Source of the DNA: Dehalococcoidia bacterium | Lineage (GTDB): Bacteria > Chloroflexota > Dehalococcoidia > Lucifugimonadales > G965248475 | NCBI GenBank assembly: GCA_965248475.1 | Contig: OZ252106.1 | Span: 1,775,640-1,839,639, forward strand | Length of the DNA stretch: 64,000 nt | Reading direction: 5' to 3' | In this document: in pieces, positions 28,854 through 38,111 of the stretch | How positions within the stretch are numbered: the stretch's first letter is position 1 | How the letters are laid out: each line of letters starts with the position of its first letter | Notes under the pieces: generated by a model | Told to the model about the DNA's origin: nothing | Seen by the model: the letters and a program-made list of their open reading frames with translations, nothing else | The model's database searches: none | Program-made: the position numbers and the translations under genes

Positions 28854-30332
28854 TTAATCCTTCCCCAGCAAGTACCGGAGCACGTCTGCCGCTGTATAAC
28901 ACCCTTCGTCACTGTCAATTAGATCGTGAATGAACTCTGTACTGCGGCCTAGCGTCACAATCGGGAGCTCCGCACCATCTTTGCGCTTCTGTCCTAACCC
29001 AACTGTGGCAAGAAGCCCGTTGCATAGGCACTTCCTTCCTATAGTGTCTTCAAACTTGCCACCCCGGTTTAGATATGTATTCTCGGGTTCAGACGGGCAA
29101 CGGAACGAAACCTTTCCATGTTCATTCTTGTATGCGTGTCTCAGATAGCCAAGGTCACAAATCCTCGTCCTTGAATCGAAGACTTCTACTTCAGACATGG
29201 TGTCTGGCAGTTGCGCCACATTAAAAGGGAATCCGGAGGAAGAGCCAACGGCGTCCACCACCACATTGAGCTCTTTCCTGTAAGCTTGACCCCTTAATTC
29301 CTGTTTAATATCTGCTCTTAGTCCGGACTCTTCGCAAAGCGCAAATATGGTCCCAAGCTGACATCCAGTAGCGCCCTCTGCCAGCGCTTCCTTAATTTTT
29401 CCCGGATGGGCATTTGAACCGGCCAGCCAGAAAGGCCTTCCCAGCTCCCGCATCTTATCTAGATCGGCAATATCCTTTTCACCGTAAATCGGCTCCCCTA
29501 GATCATTGAAGGTTGGCCTACCTCTTGGAGGTGCGTTGTGACCTCCAGCAGTTGGACCTTCCACTATGAACCCATCTACCCATCCCGTGGTTCTTCGAGG
29601 GTCGCACAGAAACTGCGCAAGAACATGGGTGGCGACTATGGCAAAGAAGTTCGGCCTTTTCAACTGTTCAATGTATCTTTCAGGCACGAGAGAGGCGGGG
29701 TCAAGAGCCATTGCGAACTCTTTAGACTCTGCACCTTCAACATCCAGGTAGTAAGAGGCGGGTTCGTAAGCGGCAAACCTATCCAGCACGCCCGGGACCT
29801 GGTGGGGAATCCCCGCTCCCATCAGGATAACGTCTACTCCCGCCATCATCGCTCCCAGCATTTCAGGTAGGCGAGGGGTTTGTATTTTCTCCAGATAGTT
29901 TATGCCGACTAGACCATCGTGACCTTGCTTCGCCAACCAAACTTCAGCAAAGTTGCTGCAAAGGATGAGTTCAGCGATGTCATTCCTCATTACATGATTG
30001 ATCATAGGGCTGGGTTTGTAGGGCCTATCTTCAGGTATTCCACCTTCAACGTACCAGTTACGCCAGACCCGATCCGCCAATTCCTGATAGGGAAAAGCAT
30101 CCAGGGCTTTGCGGAAATACCCCCCAGGGTCACCCTCTTGCAGTTGCCTGGCGAACACGGTATCTATACCGGTTCCGGAAACCACACCCATCGTCTCCAC
30201 ACCCAGCCGTCCTCCGGCTGAGGCTACGGCATTAGCCAACTGCCAGTTGGAAACCCTGACTCCCATGCCGCCTTGTATTAGAAGCGGGAATCGGGAATGA
30301 TCCCCGGATTTTCTCTCAGAAGTCGGATTCAT
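28854..30332 (-). CDS. nitronate monooxygenase / NPD-like FMN oxidoreductase (long form)
   Basis: LIQGGMGVRVSNWQLANAVASAGG N-terminal motif and EGPTAGGH FMN-binding motif. Codon usage is visibly more A+T-rich than in neighbouring genes. Confidence 0.75.
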   Translation of the reverse strand: MNPTSERKSGDHSRFPLLIQGGMGVRVSNWQLANAVASAGGRLGVETMGVVSGTGIDTVFARQLQEGDPGGYFRKALDAFPYQELADRVWRNWYVEGGIPEDRPYKPSPMINHVMRNDIAELILCSNFAEVWLAKQGHDGLVGINYLEKIQTPRLPEMLGAMMAGVDVILMGAGIPHQVPGVLDRFAAYEPASYYLDVEGAESKEFAMALDPASLVPERYIEQLKRPNFFAIVATHVLAQFLCDPRRTTGWVDGFIVEGPTAGGHNAPPRGRPTFNDLGEPIYGEKDIADLDKMRELGRPFWLAGSNAHPGKIKEALAEGATGCQLGTIFALCEESGLRADIKQELRGQAYRKELNVVVDAVGSSSGFPFNVAQLPDTMSEVEVFDSRTRICDLGYLRHAYKNEHGKVSFRCPSEPENTYLNRGGKFEDTIGRKCLCNGLLATVGLGQKRKDGAELPIVTLGRSTEFIHDLIDSDEGCYTAADVLRYLLGKD

Positions 30333-30807
30333 GATGAAGAGATACGTTGCCTAGCGTAGTCAGCCTCAAGTTTGTCTTGGTCAAAGAGCCGTGCAAATCA
30401 AAAGTCTCAGAATAAGGATATCGAGAAAAGACTTCTTGATTAAGGACGCCACTGTGCCAGGATAGCCGAACATTCCTGACACATACTGCATGCCCCGTGT
30501 GCTGACTCCTTAGGTTAAATATGGTGGAGCAGATCAGTCAGCAGCGCGACGCAGGGAGGGGTCAAATAAATACGCTACAGATAATTCCTTTGCCGCGCCC
30601 ACTCATTATGGTGGGCTGCCTAATATGCAACACCGCACCAAGGATACCAGAAAACAGGGAGTCAGTGTGCTGCCATAGGCCTGGGGCGCATGCGTCCAGG
30701 GTTTCACAGCTCTTCCGCAGCCAACCGATACGTGCTGCGTGCGTGCAGAACGAAGCGCCGGGATAGTGTGACTCCCAATGGTCGGCATCAACCGAATTGC
30801 GCGGGAG

Positions 30808-31470
30808 CTACTTGCTGGGGTCTTTGACCTTCCTCAGATAAGGCTTGACGGTCTCCCATCCCTGAGGGAAAAGCTCCTTCGCTGCATCATTGTCCACCGC
30901 AGGCAGAATGATGACGTCTTCACCCTGTTTCCAATTCCCCGGAGTGGCCACTCTGTATTTCGCCGTCAACTGAACCGAATCGAGAACACGAAGCAGCTCG
31001 TCGAAATTACGGCCCGTGCTCATTGGGTAGGCAAGGCTCATTTTGACCGTTTTGTCAGGGGCTATCAGGAAAACCACACGTACCGTCTGGTTATCGCCCG
31101 CAGTCCTGCCTGCGGAGCTATCACCAACGTCAGCGGGCAACATATCATAGAGCTTGGCCACGCTGAGGTCTTCGTCGGCGATCAGGGGAAAGTTGAGCTT
31201 GGTCCCGGCGAGTTCCTCTATGTCAGTTGCCCATTTCAAATGGTCATCAACACGATCAACACTCAACCCAATAACCTTGCAGCCTCTCTTGGCGAACTCA
31301 CCGCTGAGTTGTGCTACGTAGCCTAGCTCGGTGGCACAAACGGGAGTGAAATCCTTTGGATGAGAGAACAACATCGCCCACCCGTCGCCCATCCATTCAT
31401 GGAACTTGACAGTTCCCAAGCTGGTGGCCGCAGTGAAATCTGGTGCCGTATCATTAATTCGTAGCGCCAT
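30808..31470 (-). CDS. 1-Cys peroxiredoxin (Prx6 type)
   Basis: APDFTA...WAMLFSHPKDFTPVCATELG signature; 220 aa. Confidence 0.92.
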   Translation of the reverse strand: MALRINDTAPDFTAATSLGTVKFHEWMGDGWAMLFSHPKDFTPVCATELGYVAQLSGEFAKRGCKVIGLSVDRVDDHLKWATDIEELAGTKLNFPLIADEDLSVAKLYDMLPADVGDSSAGRTAGDNQTVRVVFLIAPDKTVKMSLAYPMSTGRNFDELLRVLDSVQLTAKYRVATPGNWKQGEDVIILPAVDNDAAKELFPQGWETVKPYLRKVKDPSK

Positions 31471-31742
31471 TGACTTACGCCTCCTCCGTTAGGTCAGCAG
31501 GGACTAAGGCAATCTATAATACTGGAGCTACAGTTGAAAGTACATTGTCTAATGTGACGCAGGTTAGGTGCTGCCGCACCAAGCAAAGGGGCTGGATTTA
31601 CGGTCAAAGTACCATGCTTGATGGCGAGACCATCGAGATGGATCCACCTCATGGATTCGTGATATACCACGAAGAATGGACACACCGGGTAGAGAACATC
31701 GGCACGGCAGACCTGAAGGCAATCGTCGTAGAAAGCAAGTAG
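31470..31742 (+). pseudogene. possible cupin-domain remnant
   Basis: Only the C-terminal 45 aa (ETIEMDPPHGFVIYHEEWTHRVENIGTADLKAIVVE) look cupin-like. The N-terminal part is low quality and has no RBS. Confidence 0.25.
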
Positions 31743-31769
31743 CGGGGCAGCCAGGAAGAAAGCGGTTGT

Positions 31770-33212
31770 TCACGGCTCCCAAGAAAGGGAGAGCTCAACT
31801 ACCTGGCGGGTCTCAGGAGTAACCCTGGCCCAGTGCGCTATACGCCACCCGCCTACCCACGCCACCCCATGCCGGCCTACCACCAGCGGAATGCCGTCGC
31901 GCCATGCCCTTGGTACGTGGGCGTCTATCATGAACTCCTTGAGCTTCTTGGTCCCATCCATACCAAGCGGCTGAAACCGGTCGTCTGGCCTGCGAGTCCT
32001 CAACGACAGCTCCTTCCCCAGGTCGTCCAGGCTCAGACGCACGCAGAACGGACCGCCATTGGAGAGTTGATCAGCCGATTCTGGAACAGGGACCTCTCTT
32101 GCCACAACTCGCCATCCGCCGGTGCACACTGATCCCGGGACAGGCAGGTACTGATCCTCAAATGGAGGCCACTGCGAATCCGGAGCCCGCCCGGTAATTA
32201 CCATGTCCTCATAGGAGGTAATGAACCGCAGTCCACGGCCCAGGGAAAGGGAGCGGCCCGCCCCTTCACTGGCTAGCCGCAGTGCTTCTTCCACCTGGAC
32301 CAGGCTCATCTGCTCGCCGTCGCCCGCCAGATAAGCATAGGCATGCTGAATAAGATGCGCCCGAATCGACGAGTGCATGGAGTTGAATGCGCTCGTATCC
32401 AACCGCAGCCCCCACGGCTCCTGGGTTACTACCCGGGGCCAGACATCCCGCACCCGCTGGTCGATGTAGGCCATGTCCCTGGCCATGGTCTGCGACAGAC
32501 GAGTCAGCGCCTCCCGAACCGCGGGATTGTACCTGCGCAGCTGGGGCATGAGCGATATGCGAATTCGGTTGCGGGTGAACCGCTCCTCCGTATTGGATGA
32601 GTCCTGGCGCGGGCTGATTCCATTTTCGGCACAGTAGGCCTCTGTCTCCTGTCGGGTCACACGCAACAGGGGCCGGATGAGGGGTACGTCCAAGGCACCG
32701 TCCCGGCCACGCCAGCGGGATAGGGGCAGCATGCCCTGGAGGCCGCGCATGCCTGTACCTCTAAGGAGGTGGAGCAGCACCGTTTCCGCCTGGTCGTCCG
32801 CTGTGTGGCCCAAGACTACCGCAGGGGCTCCGACGGAGGCTGCGATCCGGGCCAGGAAGTCGTAGCGAGCTTCCCTTGCCGCAGCCTCCCAGGATAGGCG
32901 GCGGCAAGCGCGCAGAGCGGCCACGTCCGCCCTTTCCACCACGACCGCAACACCCCAGCGGCGGCAGGTCTCATCCACGTACCTGGCGTCCGCCTCACCC
33001 TCCTCATCCCTCAACCCATGGTCCAGATGCGCAGCACAGACTCTCAAGGAGTACCTTTCACTCAGTTCCCAAAGAAGGCCCAGGAGAGTCATTGAGTCCT
33101 GACCGCCGGAGACCGCTGCTACGACTGTGCAGCCTTCGGGACGCAGAAGGCCCGCATCGCCAAGGGCGACCTCCACCCGTTCAAGGAGGGATGAATGAGG
33201 TATCGCTGCCAT
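31770..33212 (-). CDS. tilS: tRNA(Ile)-lysidine synthetase
   Basis: PP-loop VAAVSGGQDS. Start chosen at MAAIPHS, just after the upstream stop. Confidence 0.88.
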   Translation of the reverse strand: MAAIPHSSLLERVEVALGDAGLLRPEGCTVVAAVSGGQDSMTLLGLLWELSERYSLRVCAAHLDHGLRDEEGEADARYVDETCRRWGVAVVVERADVAALRACRRLSWEAAAREARYDFLARIAASVGAPAVVLGHTADDQAETVLLHLLRGTGMRGLQGMLPLSRWRGRDGALDVPLIRPLLRVTRQETEAYCAENGISPRQDSSNTEERFTRNRIRISLMPQLRRYNPAVREALTRLSQTMARDMAYIDQRVRDVWPRVVTQEPWGLRLDTSAFNSMHSSIRAHLIQHAYAYLAGDGEQMSLVQVEEALRLASEGAGRSLSLGRGLRFITSYEDMVITGRAPDSQWPPFEDQYLPVPGSVCTGGWRVVAREVPVPESADQLSNGGPFCVRLSLDDLGKELSLRTRRPDDRFQPLGMDGTKKLKEFMIDAHVPRAWRDGIPLVVGRHGVAWVGGWRIAHWARVTPETRQVVELSLSWEP

Positions 33213-33216
33213 CGAT

Positions 33217-33858
33217 CTAGCGGCCAGGGGAGCCGTCGATGCCTTCCAGATGGCAGGCATCATTGAGATGGACCAGCCGGCACCTGTCCGGCCGCATGTC
33301 TACCGTGGAGAGGGACCCCAGGCCAACCCTCAGGCGGCGAAATCCCGCCAGGGGCAGCTCCAGCACCCGACATAGCAGAGCCACAATCGAGAAGTTGTGG
33401 GACACGACCACCACGCTGTCCTCGACATGGTGTCCCAGAATAGTCTGGGCCACCTGCCACACCCTCTGCTGAAGTTGGGCAAGAGACTCGCCGTCAGGCA
33501 TCTGCACGCTACTGGGGTCTCTGTCCCACATTGCCATAAGGTCAGGATACTGAGTTCGCATCTCTCCGGATGTGAGACCCTCCAGCTTACCAACGTCCAT
33601 CTCCGCTAACGAATCTTCTGTACGAACGGGCACGTCCAGCTCCCGGCTGATGCGCTCTGCTGTCTCTGCAGCCCTAGGCAAGGGACTGGAGTAGATTGCG
33701 GCGATCGCACCATCCGACAGCACGCGGGCTGACAGCGCACCGGCAGCCGCCGCCGCCTGATCGCGGCCGCGTTGGTTTAGCCCTGGCCCGCCCCTACCCA
33801 GCACTCGGCCTTCAGCGTTGTACTGTGTCTCGCCATGGCGTACCAGGATCAGGTTCAT
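33217..33858 (-). CDS. histidine phosphatase family protein (phosphoglycerate mutase-like)
   Basis: LVRHGETQYN RHG motif and VVVSH second His motif. Confidence 0.85.
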   Translation of the reverse strand: MNLILVRHGETQYNAEGRVLGRGGPGLNQRGRDQAAAAAGALSARVLSDGAIAAIYSSPLPRAAETAERISRELDVPVRTEDSLAEMDVGKLEGLTSGEMRTQYPDLMAMWDRDPSSVQMPDGESLAQLQQRVWQVAQTILGHHVEDSVVVVSHNFSIVALLCRVLELPLAGFRRLRVGLGSLSTVDMRPDRCRLVHLNDACHLEGIDGSPGR

Positions 33859-35132
33859 TGGCTTGCCTCTGCATCGGGTCGGGCCACACGCGTCACCCTC
33901 ACCTGTTCAATCCGTACTCCCTTCATCTCCACGACCTGCAACTGGAAACCGTTGTGATGAATGTACTCCTCTTCCCTGGGTATGTGCCCGAAGCGAGTCA
34001 ACAGGAAGCCGGCAAGCGTCTCGTACTCACCTTCCGGGATACCCAAGGCCAGTTGAGCATTGGCCTCTTCCACGTGCATGCCTGCATCGGCCTGGAAGGT
34101 ATTAGAGTCGATAGCCTGGTACTCCTCGGATTCCTGCACTCCCTCATCACTGACCCGGCCCACGATCTCCTCCACCATCTGCTTTAGAGTCACCAGGCCC
34201 GCCAACCCGCCGAACTCGTCGGCCACCATGACCACCTGGTACCCGGACTGGCGCAACTCATCGAAAAGCTGGCCCACGAGCTTCGTTTCAGGGACGAAGT
34301 ACGCCTCTCTCAGGACGTCGGTAACGTCATCTTCAGGGCCTATATCACCGGCGGTCATGGCCCGAACCACGTCCTTGACTGAGAGGGTGCCAATGACGTT
34401 ATCCACGGTGCCATCGAATATGGGGAACCTCGTGTGGGAATGATCCTGGTATACACCGAGGAATATCTCCAGAGTAGCGCCCTTCTCCAGGGAGATGATC
34501 TCGGTGCGAGGCGTCATCACCTCCCGGATCTGCCTGTCACCGAAACGGAACACATTCTCCAAGAGCCGGGCCTCCGAGGGTTCTACTGCACCATCCTCGC
34601 GGCCCGTATCGATGAGCGCCCGTATCTCTCCTTCGGCAAACATCGCTGCGTCCGACGCGCCGAAAAGCCGTCCCACGGAGTTGCTGAGCCTTCGCAACAC
34701 CCACACGGCCGGTAGAAGCAGCGCCTCTGCCAGCAGAAGAGGGCCAACCACTATGATCGCGAACCGCTCAGCGTTCCTGGCGGCCACCGTCTTCGGTATG
34801 ATCTCGCTGAAGACCAGCAGGAGGATTGTCACCCCCGCGGTGGCCGCTACGATGGCGATGTTGGGCTCCAGAAAGGACATCGCCAGGGCGGTCCCCAGTA
34901 CGGCCGCAGCAGTGTTAACCAGGTTGTTTCCCGTCAGGACGGTTGGTAGAAGCTTCTCTGGGTGCCCAGCGATTAGAGCTACCTTATCTGCTCCCTTCAC
35001 GCCGTTCTTCGTCAGGTAGGCCAGTCTTCCTCGTTGTATGGAGAGAAACGCTGCTTCAGAGCCCGAAAAAAACGCGGAGAGCAACAGGGCAACCAGCAAG
35101 AGGACCAGTCTGGCTACGTCACTACCTTCCAT
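33855..35132 (-). CDS. hemolysin-family/CNNM protein (DUF21 + CBS pair + CorC_HlyC)
   Basis: 425 aa with an N-terminal 4-TM DUF21, tandem CBS region and a C-terminal transporter-associated domain. Confidence 0.88.
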   Translation of the reverse strand: MEGSDVARLVLLLVALLLSAFFSGSEAAFLSIQRGRLAYLTKNGVKGADKVALIAGHPEKLLPTVLTGNNLVNTAAAVLGTALAMSFLEPNIAIVAATAGVTILLLVFSEIIPKTVAARNAERFAIIVVGPLLLAEALLLPAVWVLRRLSNSVGRLFGASDAAMFAEGEIRALIDTGREDGAVEPSEARLLENVFRFGDRQIREVMTPRTEIISLEKGATLEIFLGVYQDHSHTRFPIFDGTVDNVIGTLSVKDVVRAMTAGDIGPEDDVTDVLREAYFVPETKLVGQLFDELRQSGYQVVMVADEFGGLAGLVTLKQMVEEIVGRVSDEGVQESEEYQAIDSNTFQADAGMHVEEANAQLALGIPEGEYETLAGFLLTRFGHIPREEEYIHHNGFQLQVVEMKGVRIEQVRVTRVARPDAEASQ

Positions 35133-35149
35133 GCGCTACCCCCTTGTAA

Positions 35150-35184
35150 ACGCAAAGAACCCCCCAGGAAACTCCTGAGGGGCC
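35150..35184 (-). terminator. intrinsic terminator closing the phage-like operon
   Basis: Minus strand: CCCCTCAGGA-GTT-TCCTGGGGGG (10-bp stem) followed by TTCTTTGCGTTT. Confidence 0.6.
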
Positions 35185-35290
35185 TTCTCTTCTTACATTA
35201 ATTCTGTTGGATTCTCGAAGGGCTGAGACTATAGGCCTCCCTTCCAAGCAGAACTATATCATTGGCGATTACAGGTGTCAAAAGAAGGGG

Positions 35291-35926
35291 CTACGGCCCC
35301 CAGTCGGTGGTCTGGCTGGGGCCGGGCTGGGCCGGTACGTACATGGAGCACACGCGGACTGTGTTGTTGCGACCCATCTCTGCCAGGCGGCGCATGAAGG
35401 CGGCCATGCGGTCCTGCCCCCAGGTGAGGTACTGCTTCCACGTCTCTTCGCCGCCCAGGTTGATGCGGTTGGATGCGAAGCTGGACCACTCCAGGGCAGC
35501 ATAGGCGCCGGCACCAGTGGCCACCAGATCCTCCAGGGGCACCGGCAGGGTGGAGGTGGTGCCGTCCAGGGTATGCACGGCCCCGTAGTAGACGTCCACG
35601 TCCTCGCTGCCGGCGGGGGCGGAGTCCACCAGCAGGGTCAGCGCACCGGCCCAAACGCTGAACCGCACATAGGTGGGCGGGTAGTTGCCGGTGGGGTACT
35701 CCACCGCCTCCACGGAGACCAAGCCGGTGAGAGATGCAAGGCTCAGGTCACGACTACCCGCCGTGGCAGTGAGGGTGGCCTTCATCTCCCTGGGCGCGGC
35801 GCTGCCTACCTCATCCAGGGCACGCTGTAGATGCCGATCGAGCTCGTTGTCAGTCCATCGATAGTTCAGCGAGTCTTCATCGTGCAGGTCACGCCGGACT
35901 CTGGTCCGCATGGTTGGAAGGTCCAT
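35291..35926 (-). CDS. phage-like structural protein (211 aa)
   Basis: AGGAGG RBS 8 nt before the ATG (MDLPTMRTRVRRDL). The N-terminus resembles phage head-tail connector/adaptor-type proteins. Confidence 0.5.
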   Translation of the reverse strand: MDLPTMRTRVRRDLHDEDSLNYRWTDNELDRHLQRALDEVGSAAPREMKATLTATAGSRDLSLASLTGLVSVEAVEYPTGNYPPTYVRFSVWAGALTLLVDSAPAGSEDVDVYYGAVHTLDGTTSTLPVPLEDLVATGAGAYAALEWSSFASNRINLGGEETWKQYLTWGQDRMAAFMRRLAEMGRNNTVRVCSMYVPAQPGPSQTTDWGP

Positions 35927-36196
35927 GTGTCGTCGCCTCCTGGGCAGAGTTTGGGAAAGGTGCGTGTCCGTTGGCCGTGCCTTCGTCCGCCACGCCTTCA
36001 TCCAATGTAATGACGCCGGTCTGCATGTCGAGCTGCGCCACCTTGGCCAGCAGCCCGTAGCGCCGCCCAGGTCCAGGGTGGTCTCCTGCAACTCCTGCTG
36101 GGCCATCTGGGCCCGCAGCGTTGCACGCTGGAGCGACAGCCGGGCGCGGCGCAGACGGTAGAGGTCGCGGGGTGTGAGCTGCACGGTGCTTTTCAC
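35889..36196 (-). pseudogene. small coiled-coil phage-like gene needing a -1 frame change near 36065
   Basis: The GTG start 4 nt after the upstream stop gives MKSTVQ...QETTLDLG. Protein-like sequence then continues only in the -1 frame (RRYGLLAKVAQLDMQTGVITLDEG...). Confidence 0.35.
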
Positions 36197-36199
36197 GGG

Positions 36200-36412
36200 T
36201 TAGCCCTGTAGCTCCGCCTCGACCGCGGCTATGCCGTTCTTGCCCGCTTCGATACCGGACACAAGGACGGTCTTCAGGCCGCTCTTTTGTCCCGACGTGT
36301 GCGCCACACCCACTACCCGGCCCCGCCTCCACTCCTCGGCGACGTTGCGTGCTTCATTCAAGCCGCGGCGGGCCTCATCCAGCTTTTCGATAATCACGTT
36401 TATATCAGGCAT
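36200..36412 (-). CDS. hypothetical small protein (70 aa)
   Basis: GGAGGA RBS, tightly packed in the phage-like operon. Confidence 0.5.
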   Translation of the reverse strand: MPDINVIIEKLDEARRGLNEARNVAEEWRRGRVVGVAHTSGQKSGLKTVLVSGIEAGKNGIAAVEAELQG

Positions 36413-36426
36413 CCTGTCCTCCTAGT

Positions 36427-37206
36427 TCACGTAGGGTTGGCTGTGTACCAGTTATAGGTATGAATGTCATATGTGCCGCTTGCCATCGCCAGGTTCAGTG
36501 TTTGACTTACGATGGTGTATGTCCTGGCAGGAGGCGTTCCCCTAACACTGTTGCCACCTAAGACGGTCGGAGTCCCTTCACGGCCCCAGAGCACAAGGTC
36601 AACAAACCGTGGAGTCGTACCTCCTTCGATCTCCCCGCCTACGATGGTCAGGACGCCGAAGTTGGTTGCGCTGGCGACGGGAGTCGCACTGGTGCTGACG
36701 TCTTGTGTATTGATCGTCTGAACCACCATCCCGTCGTTCCCTGAGCCGTGGGTCAGCGCAAGCCCGGAAGCCAGCGTGAGTGTCGTAGCCGTCCAGTCGT
36801 TGCCAGCAGCACCGACGTTGAGCAATGAGCCGGAGGAGCCGAGGTCGACGCCGCCGTTGAATGTCTGCAACGCCGTGAACGCCTGTGCCTCCTGCAGAAA
36901 GGCGAATGTGCTGTTCTGGCCCACGGCAGGAAGGGTGAGTGTCCTGGGCGCAGAAGGGTTGGACGGAGTGATCGTAACGTCGTTTGCCAGGTCAAAGACC
37001 AGGCTGCCGACCAGAGTGACGTCTCCGCCATCTGGCAGGTACATCTTGGAGGAACCGCCGTCCTGAAAGTCGAAGATTCGACCCACGCCCTGCTGGTCTA
37101 TCTTCAGGCCGGGCAGGGCGTCCAGGGCGGTAATCTCGCGCACCCACCCCTGGGCGTCGGCACCCTGGATGGACTGGAGCGCCTCCCCAGCTAATAACAG
37201 TGCCAT
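36427..37206 (-). CDS. tail-fibre-like protein (259 aa)
   Basis: GGAGG RBS. RTLTLPAVGQNSTFAFLQEAQAFTALQTFNGG resembles the (x)TLPxxxGTLA...QTFTG motif common in phage fibre proteins. G/T/S/N-rich beta-type composition. Confidence 0.5.
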   Translation of the reverse strand: MALLLAGEALQSIQGADAQGWVREITALDALPGLKIDQQGVGRIFDFQDGGSSKMYLPDGGDVTLVGSLVFDLANDVTITPSNPSAPRTLTLPAVGQNSTFAFLQEAQAFTALQTFNGGVDLGSSGSLLNVGAAGNDWTATTLTLASGLALTHGSGNDGMVVQTINTQDVSTSATPVASATNFGVLTIVGGEIEGGTTPRFVDLVLWGREGTPTVLGGNSVRGTPPARTYTIVSQTLNLAMASGTYDIHTYNWYTANPT

Positions 37207-37302
37207 TGGAACCTCCGGTTCTTTCCTTTTTCTTTCCCTTTACAGTGGCCTCTTTAAGAGAAGCTAGTAGAGCCACCGGTAGCGCAGGGCCTGCCGCATC
37301 CG

Positions 37303-37683
37303 CTACGAGAGCACGTAGTCAACGTCCAGCGTGAACGATGTGCCGGTGAATGCCACGACCTTGAGGAAGACGACTGCACCCCGTACGGCGGCGACCAGCG
37401 CGTGCTGGCCGGTGGCGGTGAATACTCGGGAACCGCCAGTGAACCATTTGCTCTGTCGGGTGTTCCAGAAAAGGGCGGCCACCTCCAGCGAGGTAAGTGC
37501 AACGCCCGCAAGGGTAAGTTCACAGCGGCACTCCTGGAAGCCCTCGCAGTCAACGGCGCCGGTGGTATCTGCAGGGTCGGAGGCGTCCACGGCGGTGACG
37601 CTGGCGCGATGCGCCAAAGGCGCCAGGGGGTTGTAGGCGGGGCCCATCGGGACGCCGTCGCCATCGAATCTAACGTTGGCCAT
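37303..37683 (-). CDS. hypothetical phage-associated protein (126 aa)
   Basis: First gene after the repeat cluster downstream of the capsid gene. GAGAGG RBS. Confidence 0.45.
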   Translation of the reverse strand: MANVRFDGDGVPMGPAYNPLAPLAHRASVTAVDASDPADTTGAVDCEGFQECRCELTLAGVALTSLEVAALFWNTRQSKWFTGGSRVFTATGQHALVAAVRGAVVFLKVVAFTGTSFTLDVDYVLS

Positions 37684-37750
37684 TGGTTGTTACCTCTCGA
37701 TCCAAGGGCTAGGCCCTTGGGAACCTTGTTTTTGTTTGGCAAATCCGTAT

Positions 37751-37914
37751 TTCCCACCCACCCGCCCTCGAAATGTTTAGATTTAGGGAGGACACCTCCT
37801 CCGACTTTGTCCCGACATATCGGGATGAGCGAAGTGCCGACTCGGTCGAGCACTCGCGATGGAATCGGAGCATCATCGGACCTCAGACTCCCCGGCAGGA
37901 AACCTAGGTTTCCT
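37751..37914 (-). repeat. composite palindromic repeat element, copy B (core 37807-37885)
   Basis: Reverse complement of copy A. Includes the palindromes AGGGAGGACACCTCC, GTCCCGACATATCGGGAT and AGGAAACCTAGGTTTCCT. Confidence 0.85.
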
Positions 37915-37974
37915 ACACCTTCCTAGGTCTCCTGGACTTTCCTGATCGGTGGGCGTGATTCCCGGACCAACCTG

Positions 37975-38110
37975 TGGTTTTGGCCCACCCACCTGCCCTC
38001 GGACTGCATCCATACCGTAGGGGCGAGGTCACCTCGCCCCTACGACCCCTCACCAGATTCTTCGCTGCGCCCAGAATGGCGTGAAGCGTTTAGCAGGGCA
38101 CGCCCTGCTG
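37975..38110. repeat. cluster of further REP-like hairpins
   Basis: Contains cccacccacctgccctcgg, CGTAGGGGCGAGGTCACCTCGCCCCTACG (38016-38044), ccagattcttcgctgcgcccagaatg, and AGCAGGGCACGCCCTGCT (38092-38109). Confidence 0.7.
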
Positions 38111-38111
38111 C

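Noticed and set aside
35291-36196. 301-aa ORF as a single protein
   Set aside because: Residues 45-90 are W/R/C-rich junk. A strong AGGAGG RBS plus ATG at 35926 starts a separate 211-aa gene, and the upstream part continues sensibly only in the -1 frame.
37690-38110. CRISPR array
   Set aside because: The repeats belong to different palindromic families, are not regularly spaced and have no uniform spacers. No cas genes are in the window.
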